Notes: a model not told the origin generated them from the sequence alone. DNA of 26,504 nt from Octopus sinensis (GCF_006345805.1 NW_021834766.1:1-26504), one strand, 5' to 3'; shown: positions 10,325 to 21,680, counted from the stretch's first letter. Translations and numbers: made by a program.

Positions 10325-10513
10325 TAATCCTTTCTACTATAGGCATAAGGTCTGAAATTTAGGGGGAGTAAACAGTCGATTAGATCGACCCCATTGCGTA
10401 ACTGGTACTTAATTTATCGACGCCAAAAGATGAAAGGCAAAGTCGAAATCGGCGGAATTTGAACTCAGAACGTACAGGCGAAATACCCCTAAGAATTTTG
10501 CCAGGCGCAGTAA
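10325..10513 (-). mobile_element. Nin/Deu-core SINE, monomeric
   Basis: plus strand ACTGGTACTTAATTTATCGAC...GATGAAAGGCAAAGTCG...GGAATTTGAACTCAGAAC. Confidence 0.9.
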
Positions 10514-11177
10514 ATGGAATAGGATTATGCAAGTAATCTGGATAAAATCGGTTAGTGAGTTTCTAGTATAAACAAGGCTTGTATAGAAAATACAAATGGT
10601 TCGATAATTGATCAATGAGCTTTATTAATCAGTTCATCAAATACAGTCTGTTCCAATAGGATGGCATATGTTATACAACTCCAGTTCGAAAACGCAAACA
10701 AATATGGCTTTTTATACGAAAATCACGTCTGTAAACAAAAAGAACGCACGAAATAGTCGTATATATACATACAGGCACGTAAATATTGAACAATGAAAAA
10801 CGAGTGTTCAACACTGGATTGGTGGATATATATTTTTTTATTTGTGGATGAAGGCTACCATTGGTTTCATGTTAAGAAAATAGGAAAATATCCTATTGTC
10901 TTAACAAGATTTCAACCCGATCAAATAGAGAAAGGCGTTCGTCTCCATTTTGGAAAACACACGTATGTATGTATTTGCATTAAATAAGATGCTGGTATAA
11001 CCATGAATTGAGGTCTCTGTGATTTGATGTCTTAACTTTCTTTCTTTATCTTAATTTGCGAATAGCATACATATTAATGCAGGCATGCACGCATAATCTC
11101 TTACATATTGAAATTAATACTACATAAAGAAGGTTGCGAAACAGTCGTAATCCAAAGGAAGTCATCATGAGGTTACA

Positions 11178-11330
11178 CCAGACCACTCAGCTGGCAAAAT
11201 GAGTAATCCTGCAACGGACCGGCGTCCCCTCCAGGGGGGGGGGGCGATATTTATTCCACTGAAACCGGGAAACAGGCCCTTAAGAACCTGGCATGGCTCG
11301 AGAAGGAAAAATATCTCTTCTTCCTTCTTC
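11178..11330 (+). mobile_element. 3' part of V/Meta-like SINE variant with CTT-rich tail
   Basis: CCACTCAGCTGGCAAAATGAGTAATCCTGCAACGGACCGG matches 275-315. Confidence 0.7.
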
Positions 11331-11447
11331 TAACAAAGAATAAGTCCTGAGGTCGATTTCTTCGATTCAAACCCCCCATTAAGTCGGTGCTCCAGCATGG
11401 CCGCAATCAAATGACTGAAACCAGTAAAAGAATAGAAGAATAAAAGA
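11331..11447 (+). mobile_element. 3' end of CORE-like SINE family
   Basis: ACAAAGAATAAGTCCTGAGGTCGATTT...GCTCCAGCATGGCCGCAATCAAATGACTGAAA matches 2440-2545. Confidence 0.8.
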
Positions 11448-11661
11448 CTATATTCCCATAAGGCACCGCCAGACTCAAAAATCATGACAGGAAACACACG
11501 CGACGAGACTCCGATACCATCTTTTGTGAATATTATTTGTTAAATTCTATAAGATATCCTTTTTTTTTTCTTTCTTTTTGTTTTACTTTTCTCTTGCTGT
11601 GTTCTATGTGAATACTGAAACCAAACATTCACTTAGTGTTTCATCTTGAACAACTAAACGC

Positions 11662-11684
11662 CATGAAACACATCATCATCAATA

Positions 11685-11751
<67 letters not shown>

Positions 11752-11798
11752 CATCATCATTATTATTATTATTATTATTATCATCATCATCATCATCA

Positions 11799-11862
<64 letters not shown>

Positions 11863-11996
11863 CATCATCATTATTATTATTATTATCATTATTAGTATTA
11901 TTATCATTATTATTATTATTATCATTATTATCATTATCATTATTATTATCATTATTATTATATTATTATTTTATTATTATTATTATTATTTTATTA

Positions 11997-12027
<31 letters not shown>

Positions 12028-12035
12028 CATCATCA

Positions 12036-12081
<46 letters not shown>

Positions 12082-12169
12082 CATTGTTATTATATTATTA
12101 TTATTACTATCATCATCATCATCATTATTATTAGTATTATTATTATTATTATCATTATTATTATTATTA

Positions 12170-12221
<52 letters not shown>

Positions 12222-12240
12222 CATCATCATCATTGTTATT
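11662..12240. repeat. about 580-bp (ATT/ATC)n trinucleotide microsatellite
   Basis: direct reading; source of the 215-aa poly-Ile pseudo-ORF. Confidence 0.98.
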
Positions 12241-13529
12241 ATACGGCTTATTTTTCTTTCAAACCAACAATGAAAATTTCTAAATGAATAGAAAAGCTAC
12301 TAGCTACGAAGACTTATAAATTTTCAGGAACAAAATTTTATCTTTTTTTTTTCCAAGCATTGTTGAGGTTTTCTGCTTTAAGTTTTGTATCAATACAAAT
12401 ATGAAAGCCAGTCTGATACTTTCCAATATTTTGATGTAGAAACATTAAAACTTCACCTCAGAGTAATTTATTAACAAAGAAGAAGTATATCTCGTTGGGC
12501 TTGCTGTTGTTTCTGCTACTGTTGTTGTTGTTGTTAAGCAACAAGAAGGGTAAGGGTGATTAGGTGATGGTCTAGGGCTTTGGGGAGGGAGACTCCAGAC
12601 CTTGTAAAAAAAAGAAACTTTGGTCGTCTTGTTGTAGTCGAGGGCTCTTCGTTGACGCCCGACACCACTGGGAGGTGGCCCACGAAGTCGTTGGAAATGG
12701 AGATCTCCAGGTCCAAATTCTTGAACGGCTGCTGCTGCTGCTGTTATTGTTGTTGTTGATGATGATGTTGATGTTGTTTAACCCTCGGAAAAACTTGTTA
12801 CGGATGTCCTATTATCAAATTTATCCGAAATGTGATTATTCCGTTTTTGTTTTAAAGGAATAATATATATTTAAAAAGTCTTCTTTCGTTTTCATGTCAG
12901 AAGGAAGTGAATTAAACTAAGTACGACTGCTATTTCTAGCAAAGTGAGTAACCATATAGATACTCCGTTATCGTGCCAATTCTGTTTCTAGTAGTGAAGC
13001 CGGGTGTTGGGTATTATAAAAGTTGGCATGATTTAGGTGCTATTTCTAGCAAAATCTTATATCTTTTTATCAAAATCACGATTTGACGAGCTGCTGGGTT
13101 AGAGGGTGTGAAGGAACGTAACTTAAACAACACCTATATTTTCGACCGGTGTCAACATAAACCCTGACACAGAGAGGGGCACACAATCACACACACACAC
13201 ATACACACATCTATGAATACATATATCATAGTATCACAGTATTGACCAGACCACCAGATGCTGTTACCGCTGTAACAGAAATAAGGAGGGATGAGAAAAA
13301 ATGACAGGGACACAGTGAAGTGAAAGGAGGGGGGAAAGTGAGCATGAAGAGAAGACAAGGAAATGTGAAAGAGGGGGAAAGAAAGAACGAAGAGTGGAAT
13401 GGACGACAGACCTTACCACCTGTTGATCTCTTGTTAGAGAGGTCACTTGCTACATAGGGAAGGCCAACGAGTTTTAGGGTCAGAGGAAACGTTTTAAAGG
13501 TAAGCGCTTTATGGGCGTGAAAGCAAGAT

Positions 13530-13702
13530 AGATAGGCCATATCTATCTATCTATCTATCTATTTGTCTGTCTGTCTGTCTGTCTGTCTCTCTATCTCTCT
13601 CTCTCTCTCTCTATCTATCTGTCTCTCTGTCTATCTGTCTATATATCTATGTAAATATTTATCTATCTATCTGTCTATCTATATATCGATCGATCGATCT
13701 AT

Positions 13703-13742
<40 letters not shown>

Positions 13743-13943
13743 TCCCCACCACTACAAACTCAATACCACTATAAAATGGTCAAAACTTTTCACACAGGAA
13801 CTTAGTTTGATTTGAAAACCCCACTAGAATGGGAGAAAGTCATAAAACATGATGTAAGTTATATGATGTATAAAAAATGTAATATACAAATAAATATCTG
13901 TAAATATAAACTATCCGATTTCCTGAGTCCCTCATTTCTCCTA

Positions 13944-13990
<47 letters not shown>

Positions 13991-14053
13991 ATATATATAT
14001 GTATGCATACATATATATATTATATATATACATATGTACATATATATATATAC

Positions 14054-14121
<68 letters not shown>
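13530..14121. repeat. compound microsatellites (TATC, TGTC, TC, TA) with a unique spacer 13741-13944
   Basis: direct reading. Confidence 0.93.
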
Positions 14122-14125
<4 letters not shown>

Positions 14126-14446
14126 GAAGGGGCAGGTGGAAGTACACTGCAATATTGGATAATATTAATGCAATAATATGTTTACTATGAGAAAAACACT
14201 CGGAATATTCCAGCTGATACAAATGCACAGAGACAACAGATTTTGGATTAAACCATATTCATTAATCTCTTATTATAAATTTTAGTATGAATTCTGTGAA
14301 TATTAAAGGATTTCCACATGAATGCCACCTAAAAGAAGAATTTCTGTTATATGATAGCGTATAGTATCTCACACCGGAGGAGATGGTCCTGAAAATAAGC
14401 TGTTAGATGACATTGTGTGTGTGTGTATACATACATATATATATAT

Positions 14447-14540
14447 CAGGTGATCACGTGACCGACCAGACCATCAGATGTTGTTACACATCGCTGGTCA
14501 CAATGCGTTCGCATTGTTTTAGCCTTCGAATGACGCCACA
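14447..14540. mobile_element. fragment of a further dispersed repeat, probably the 3' end of another SINE on the minus strand
   Basis: GACCGACCAGACCATCAGATGTTGTTAC partly repeated at 13244-13268; family identity from recollection only. Confidence 0.45.
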
Positions 14541-14990
14541 AATATACACACATATATATGTATACATACATACATATACATATATTACATATATTTTATA
14601 TATATATATAATACATATAGTTATAAGTATATACATATATATATATATACATACATATAAATATAATATATATTCTATATATATTATATGTATATATTAA
14701 AAATAATAATAACATAATTATAAATATATATATAAGGACAATATAATACTGTATATATACATACATATATAGTATAATAATATATATCAAATGATTATAT
14801 ATGATAATATATATATATATATATATATAGTATAATATGATTATATATATATGTAATAATAATAATAGTTATACACACACACACGCATATATGTGTGTGC
14901 CTTTCTGTGACTGGGTGTGTGATATGTGTTTGCACACACCTATACGTAAATACACACACAAAGACACACACACACACAGATAGACACACA
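14541..14990. repeat. degenerate (TA)n/(CA)n field
   Basis: direct reading. Confidence 0.93.
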
Positions 14991-15388
14991 TACAGTAAAA
15001 ATTTAAAAAAGAATTAGTCTGTCTGATACAGAATTATAAAGATTATATTCATGCTGTTATACGTGTCTATATGATTAACAATCGTAAATATCTAAGTAAA
15101 ACAGTTCTGAATTTAATTAATTCGCATCTTGATAAATCCTATACCCCACTCGTCCACCACCTCCCACCCCATCCCTAGAAAAAAGTGGGAAGCAAATAAA
15201 AATTAATAATATTCAGAAATTGAATATTAAACTATCCTGATATCAGAAATATATAGAAATAAATATTAACATATTATACCAGACATTATGTTCTCCTTAA
15301 AGAAAAATTAACGATCATGATAACAATTTTTTTTTACCTGAAGAGCTAATCCGTAATTATAAGAACGTATCTAAGAAGACAAAAATAT

Positions 15389-15545
15389 TATTAATAATAA
15401 TGATAAAAAAAATTAAAAAAGAATAATAATAATAATGATAATGATAATAATAATGATGATGATGATGATAATAATAATAATAATAATATCAATAATAATG
15501 ATAATAATAATAATAATAATGATGATGATGATAATGATAATAATG

Positions 15546-15584
<39 letters not shown>

Positions 15585-15589
15585 GTAGC

Positions 15590-15621
<32 letters not shown>

Positions 15622-15635
15622 TGATGATGATGATG

Positions 15636-15678
<43 letters not shown>

Positions 15679-15769
15679 TGATGATGATGATGATGATGAA
15701 TGATGATGATGATAATAATAATAATATCAATAATAATGATATAATAATAATAATAATAATAATAGTAGC

Positions 15770-15816
<47 letters not shown>

Positions 15817-15845
15817 TGATGATGATGATGATGATAATAATAATA
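15389..15845. repeat. (AAT/GAT)n trinucleotide microsatellite with internal block duplications
   Basis: direct reading; AATAGTAGCAATA occurs twice, 180 bp apart. Confidence 0.97.
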
Positions 15846-16373
15846 ACGGAAGCGTAAGCCGTGATGAAACCATAACAGTAAAAATATAGATGATTGTTGT
15901 GCAATGTTCTGAAAAGATACAATCAGACATTTTTATGCCTAAAGTTACTTAACACGTGACTGGCGAATTATCTGTTGTAACAGAAGCCATTTTGTAGTAG
16001 CTGTTTCACCGCTGTCGTTCTAGTATATAGCGTATTGTAACTCTGTTTGCCGAATATATATACTTTAAAGCACACAGATCCTGCAATGCTTATTATAGTC
16101 GTTGTATAATGATAGAACTTACATACGCAGTTCACTCCAATGGGAGGGAATTCGGGGAATTCGGTAATGTAACTTCACTGAAGCCGGCAGAAATCCTCAA
16201 TTTACGCATGTGCAGAAAACATAACCATTAACATCGCGCGTCGTCTAGGGAGCCGCTTTGTGATTACTTGAATAGCTAGAAATAGCAGCCAAATCTCCTG
16301 AAAAAAATAACACTTTATCGTTACGTAACGACTTTAAACCTAGGAAATTATCTTAATTCATACATATTGAAAC

Positions 16374-16655
16374 GCAGGTGTGGCTGTGTAGTAAGAAGCT
16401 TGTTTCTCTTCCACATGGTTCCGGGTTCAATCCCACTACATGGAAGTTTAGTCAAGTTTTTTCAACTAAAGTCTCGAGCCGATTAAATCCTTGTGAGTGG
16501 ATTTAATAGACGGAAACCGAAAGAAGCCTGTCGTGTGTGTGTGTGTACATATATATATATATATATCTATGTCTGTGGGTGTGTCCGTGTACCGGTTGCC
16601 CCACCATCGCCACTTGACAACCAGTGTTGGTGTGTTTACGCCTCCGTAACGTAGC
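16374..16655 (+). mobile_element. CORE-like SINE: tRNA head, CORE-like domain, internal (TG)(TA) microsatellite, start of 3' half
   Basis: A-box-like TGGCTGTGTAGT, B-box GGTTCAATCCC (16424-16434), microsatellite 16513-16590, CCATCGCCACTTGACAACCAGTGTTGG. Confidence 0.88.
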
Positions 16656-16659
16656 ATTT

Positions 16660-17152
16660 TTCCGAAAGTGCTGGGAATAATATCCAAGGACCAGATTTTC
16701 ATGCCCCTTTGATGGGGGATGAAAATTTTAACACGAAGCGTAGATATTTTGGGATTCGAGAAAGAAACATGGAGGCAAATTTCGATGGTTATAATCTTGT
16801 TATCCAAGAACAGGAGATAGCTACGAAATATCTAATAAAAGCGACAGTGGAAGCGCCTAGTTCCCAAGATGCAACCACAAATATCGATTATGTCACACTT
16901 CAGCGGAGGGCAAAACACGCATAATCGGTAGCTGCCCCGAAATGTTAAATATCAAGCGACCGTAATTTCAAATTAATTTTGAAAGCTATTTCCAAATTTA
17001 CCTTCGAGTGAAATATTCCGTTGCAACACGATGTTGTTGCTAAAACAATTTACAATGGAATGCCTGCAGACATATTAACAGAACGAAATGCTGCTGGAAT
17101 ATTCTCATGGGAACTTCTATCAAATGCAAACATAAGATGTTTATCATTTAAA
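16660..17152 (+). pseudogene. decayed, internally deleted relic of an RLE-type (R4/Dong-like) non-LTR retrotransposon, C-terminal region
   Basis: frames read NFDGYNLVIQEQEIATKYL, RCNHKYRLCHTSAEGKTRIIGSCPEM (degenerate CCHC knuckle), QHDVVAKTIYN (RHD motif), PADI; ends GTTTATCATTTAAAT, identical to the stop region at 25789-25803. Confidence 0.78.
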
Positions 17153-17159
17153 TGGCACT

Positions 17160-17555
17160 TAAAATTTTCCACAAGGGCAGCAATTTGGTGGGAGGAGATG
17201 AGCCGATTACATCGACCCCAGTACGCAACTGGTACTTAATTTATCGACGCCGAAAGGATGAAAGGTAAAGTCGATTTCGGCGGAATTTGAACTCAGAACG
17301 TAGTGACGAGCGAAATACCTATTTCTTTACTACCCACAAGGAGCTAAACACAGAGAGGACAAACAAGGACAGACAAACGGATTAAGTCGATTATATCGAC
17401 CCCAGTGCGTAACTGGTACATAATTTATCGACCCCGATAGGATGAAAGGCAAAGTCAACCTCGGCGGAATTTGAACTCAGAACGTAACGGCAGACGAAAT
17501 ACCTATTTCTTTACTACCCACAAAGGTCTATACAAGGACAGACAAACGGATTAAA
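17160..17555 (-). mobile_element. 5'-truncated tandem Nin/Deu SINE array: partial unit, 184-bp unit, terminal unit with a different tail
   Basis: junctions at 17502/17503 and 17318/17319; terminal tail CAAATTGCTGCCCTTGTGGAAA on minus strand. Confidence 0.93.
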
Positions 17556-17569
17556 CGACGAGGGCTCCT

Positions 17570-17840
17570 GGTCGTGTAATTAATGTGCAAGTGGCTGAGT
17601 ACTCCACAGACACGCATACATTTAACGTAGTTCTCAGGGAGATGAAGCATGATGACACAGAATGTGACAAGCCTAGACCCTTTGAATTACAGGTACTACT
17701 CATTTTTGCTAACTGATTGGAATATAGCAACATAAAATAAAATGTTTTACCCAGGGACACGATGCGTCGCCAGGCATCGAATTCACCACCTCACATTTGA
17801 GAGCCGAATATCCTAACTTCTAAGCCACGTGCCTTCACAA
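17570..17840 (-). mobile_element. V/Meta-like tRNA-derived SINE, near full length
   Basis: homologous to 5767-5975; minus strand head CGTGGCTTAGAAGTTAGGATATTCGGCTC...GGTGAATTCGATGCC. Confidence 0.82.
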
Positions 17841-17887
17841 GATACTAATTATAGTTATTTGAGCTGGAAAAGAAAAGAAAAAACATG

Positions 17888-17938
17888 GCAGCTTGTTTCC
17901 ATGACCCTAGAAAGTATAGGGCCATGGAAACAAGCTGC
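17888..17938. other. 51-nt hairpin: 22-bp stem, 7-nt loop
   Basis: GCAGCTTGTTTCCATG (17888-17903) is the exact reverse complement of 17923-17938; then one A/C mismatch (G-U on minus strand) and 5 more pairs. Confidence 0.9.
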
Positions 17939-18200
17939 TTTCAGATGTGAAAGGTCAAAACCATTGAGAAAAATATTTATGGACAACAGCTTCGAAACGT
18001 TCAACATTTTTACTTCAGTTATAAATTCATATCTATGTTAATAATCATTTGTGTACTTCGCTAAGTTACAACCTAGAAAAGCTAAAATAAGAGACCGCTT
18101 AACAGGTTTACAAGCAGAATCTGAAAGTGGATCAATAAAAACATTCAAGACTTTTCTAAGCTTCAATATATAATACTTATAGTAGTTATCCAAGATCAGT

Positions 18201-18229
18201 TCCTTCCTTCCTTCCTTCCTTCCTCCGTT

Positions 18230-18260
<31 letters not shown>

Positions 18261-18274
18261 CTATCTATCTGTCG

Positions 18275-18353
<79 letters not shown>

Positions 18354-18355
18354 CC

Positions 18356-18386
<31 letters not shown>

Positions 18387-18388
18387 GC
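18201..18388. repeat. compound microsatellite (TTCC)(TGTC)(TATC)(CT)
   Basis: direct reading. Confidence 0.97.
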
Positions 18389-18427
18389 AAAATTAAGAGG
18401 AATGACGACTAACGTGGACACGTATCC

Positions 18428-18541
18428 ACTTTCATCCTTTCGGGGTCGATACAGTACGCTCCAACTGCCTTCTGGGGTCGATCAAATCGACTGGCCCCCT
18501 CCCCAAAAATTTCGAGCCTTGTGCCTAGGGTAGAAAAGAAT
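18428..18541 (+). mobile_element. 3' half of Nin/Deu-core SINE
   Basis: TTTCATCCTTTCGGGGTCGATA...CTGGGGTCGATCAAATCGAC...GCCTTGTGCCTAGGGTAGAAAAGAAT. Confidence 0.85.
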
Positions 18542-19685
18542 ATATATGACATCATACGACATAATATATATCATATGTATATGTGTATATATGTATATAT
18601 ATAAATATATATACATACATACATATATATATGTGTATATATATATATATACACATACACACACATACTTGTATATAATATGTATGTGTGTATGTATATG
18701 TAGAAACTTTCACGCACACACTTATCTATGCATATGTATACATGTATATATATAAGCCATTGTCTTTTGTCGCTTAGAAGCTAGCTTTGATAATGAAGCC
18801 TTCTTTCATACGAGCATATGATGTATGATTACTTCCCTGTCTCTGAAAATAGTTTATTTCTGCATTCCAAACCTAAAATATCGTTTCCCCACCTGACTTG
18901 CTGAAAAACAAAATGTATGAATGAGCTTTGTTCCACTAAAATAATTAACATGGACATTGAAAATTTAGTTGGAGTGTGTCAGATGATCGATATAAAATTA
19001 TCAATTTGCTATCGTATTCAGGTAAGGAGATATTGCGGGATAGCACATTAGTTATATTCTCCGAGGAATATTCTAGATAAAAGGAGAATTCTTCCATTTA
19101 GGGGTTAGTGAAGCTTGACACCGCGTAATTTAGTAACGGTGATCAGGATTATATTCCTATTAACACGTTTTATATTTGGGTTTCTTTAAATGTATTCACG
19201 CACGTACCTTATTCAGATACAGCTGATTAGTAAACGTAGGAGGAAATTTGTATGGACGACTGCACTGATTTCGTGTTACTGAGCGTTAGAGTAAGAGGGA
19301 AATTTTGATCTGGACTTTGGAAAACTCCAGCCATTATTCGGTGGCGATGCTCCAATGGTGAAGATAAGGAATAATAAAGATAAGGAATTCTGTACCGCTA
19401 TGTTCTTAATTATCCAGAACGGTCGGTCCATCCAATCTTCGCCTACGTCAATAACACTGAAAGCTGTAAGCGGAATGAAGTGACATATGCAGAGGTTTTG
19501 CACCAACTGCTGAAAATAACAGAGCGAATTGTTCCCCAGATCATATCCCTGTGTTTCTACAAAATAGGAAGAAAGATATTAAGTATTGTATATCTGATGT
19601 ATTGAAACCCGCTTTTGCTACGCAATTGTCATTGCCTACGTAACGCGGAGGAGATGAAACAAGGATAATAATAATAATAATAATA

Positions 19686-19890
19686 ATGAGCCACGTGGGA
19701 CTCTTACATTTGGAACAATTCCTGTTAGAGATCCCACAGAAAGTTTGTCTGTTAGAGACAGCAAGGGTTATCAGGAGCACTCTCAGCACTTGAAAGACAG
19801 GTGAAAACTTGTCGATTCCCAAGGTTACAGGTAGTAACACGCTGCACTCATAAATCCCATCAGGAATAAGACCGAATCTGAACCGAACCA
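19686..19890 (+). pseudogene. 5'-truncated 3' end of a second RLE-type (R4/Dong-like) LINE, inside an (AAT)n tract
   Basis: 19686-19793 reads ...EIPQKVCLLETARVIRSTLST*, matching the C-terminal QKxxLLGTARILRxVL motif; about 95-bp 3' UTR; AAT repeats flank it. Confidence 0.72.
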
Positions 19891-19899
19891 TAGTAATAA

Positions 19900-20119
19900 A
19901 TATCCCTTCTACTCTGGGTACATAGCCTGAAATTTGGGGAAAGGGGACAGTCGATTACATAGACCCCACTACTCAATCAGTACTTATTTTATCGACCCCG
20001 AAAGGACGAAAGGTGACACAAAGACAACCACGGAGGAAATTGTGCTCAGAACACAGAGACAGACGAAATGCCGCTAAGCATTTTCCCTGGGGTGCTAACG
20101 ATTCTGCCAGCTCTCCGCT

Positions 20120-20121
<2 letters not shown>
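19900..20121 (-). mobile_element. Nin/Deu-core SINE, monomeric
   Basis: minus strand head AAAGCGGAGAGCTGGCAGAATCGTTAGCAC; core and tail motifs. Confidence 0.85.
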
Positions 20122-20164
<43 letters not shown>

Positions 20165-20207
20165 TAATATTAATAATAATATTAATATAATAATAATAAT
20201 AATAATG

Positions 20208-20240
<33 letters not shown>

Positions 20241-20248
20241 TTAATAAT

Positions 20249-20324
<76 letters not shown>
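20122..20324. repeat. (AAT)n microsatellite between two minus-strand SINEs
   Basis: direct reading. Confidence 0.98.
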
Positions 20325-20325
<1 letters not shown>

Positions 20326-20450
20326 CCTTTCTACTGGAGGCACAAAGCCTGTAATTTTGGGGGCAGGGACCAGTGGATTACATCGACCCCTGTGCATAAA
20401 TGGTACTTATTTTATCGAACCCCGAAGGATGAAAGGCATTGTCAACCCCA
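20325..20450 (-). mobile_element. 3' half of Nin/Deu-core SINE
   Basis: ATCCTTTCTACTGG...GGTACTTATTTTATCGAACCCCGAAGGATGAAAGGCA. Confidence 0.85.
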
Positions 20451-20461
20451 GTAGCTTGGAG

Positions 20462-20580
20462 TAGGTGGGGATCAGTCGATTACAGCGCCCTCCAATGTAC
20501 AACTGGTACTTATTTCATCTATCCCTAATTGATGAAAAGCAGTCCAGCGTGCTAATGGTTCTGCCTGCTCACAGCCTTCA
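20462..20580 (-). mobile_element. internally deleted Nin/Deu-core SINE (head fused to core)
   Basis: minus strand GGCTGTGAGCAGGCAGAACCATTAGCACGCTGGAC joined directly to TGCTTTTCATC...AATAAGTACCAGTTG. Confidence 0.72.
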
Positions 20581-20697
20581 TAATAATAATGATGACAATA
20601 ATAATAATAATAATAACAATAATGATGATGATGACGATGGTGATAGTGATAGAGGTGATGATGATGATGAGGAGGAGGAGAAGGAGAAGGAAGAGGA
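20581..20697. repeat. graded trinucleotide tract AAT-GAT-GAG-GAA
   Basis: direct reading. Confidence 0.95.
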
Positions 20698-20874
20698 ATT
20701 CTTTAGTTTGCCGTGGGAGCATGAGATCGGTGTAGGGGTGCTTTACAATAACAGCTTACAATTTGTGTGGGGATTTTAATGAAAGATGAAGGGCCGAAGA
20801 AATAGGAAAATGGTGGAGCGAGATAAAAGCATCCGTAGTATGCAAAATATGTGAAAGAACAATAATTGTTGGTG

Positions 20875-21095
20875 TGAATGTGTGTGTGTGTGTGTGTGTG
20901 TGTACGTATGTGCACGTGTGTATACGAATACATTCATATATATATACATACATACATACGCACATGCATACACACATACATACATACATATACATACTAT
21001 TCATTCATAAATATATTTATACATGTATATATACGTGTATATATACAAATATATAACATACACATATATATACGTATGTGTATATATATAAATAC

Positions 21096-21168
<73 letters not shown>

Positions 21169-21352
21169 CACACATATACATACATTCACACACATTCACA
21201 CATTCATATATATATATGTGTGTGTGTGTGAATGTGTATGTGAGTGTGTGCGAAAGTGTGTGCGTGTCCGTGCAGACTTTCGGATAGATGTTGTGGTTAG
21301 TATGAAAGAATGTTCATATATGTATATGTATATTATATATATATATATATAT

Positions 21353-21386
<34 letters not shown>

Positions 21387-21387
21387 T

Positions 21388-21457
<70 letters not shown>

Positions 21458-21640
21458 ATTGGTGAATTAAGAAATGGAGCTGAACGTAGATTGAACAGAA
21501 ATCGTTTTTTACTTCTGTGTGTTTTTTGCTACTAAGGTATCGGTTAAACTTTGATTAATCTACTACAAGATTATTCATCTTTCTATTCACATAATATATA
21601 TATATATTATATATACATATATATAATATATATATATATA

Positions 21641-21680
<40 letters not shown>

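Noticed and set aside
10793-10987. 64-aa ORF with a GTATGT donor-like site
   Set aside because: No homology recognised, poor acceptor, and the donor coincides with a (GTAT)n repeat.
11636-12283. 215-aa ORF and similar poly-Ile, poly-Leu, Tyr-Ile ORFs (e.g. 1580-2053, 15413-15922, 20874-21456, 25998-26492)
   Set aside because: They are translations of (ATT)n, (TA)n and (TATC)n microsatellites, which lack stops in some frames.
12928-13063. 16-bp direct repeat TGCTATTTCTAGCAAA, also partly at 16275-16290 on the minus strand
   Set aside because: Probably remnants of another dispersed repeat; too short and degenerate to delimit as an element or TSD.
16374-16445. tRNA-like A/B boxes here and at other SINE heads
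   Set aside because: No complete cloverleaf or acceptor stem; each continues into SINE core sequence.
18917-19027. ATG-initiated 35-codon frame ending CAG|GTAAGG
   Set aside because: Single signal only; no downstream exon could be linked to it.
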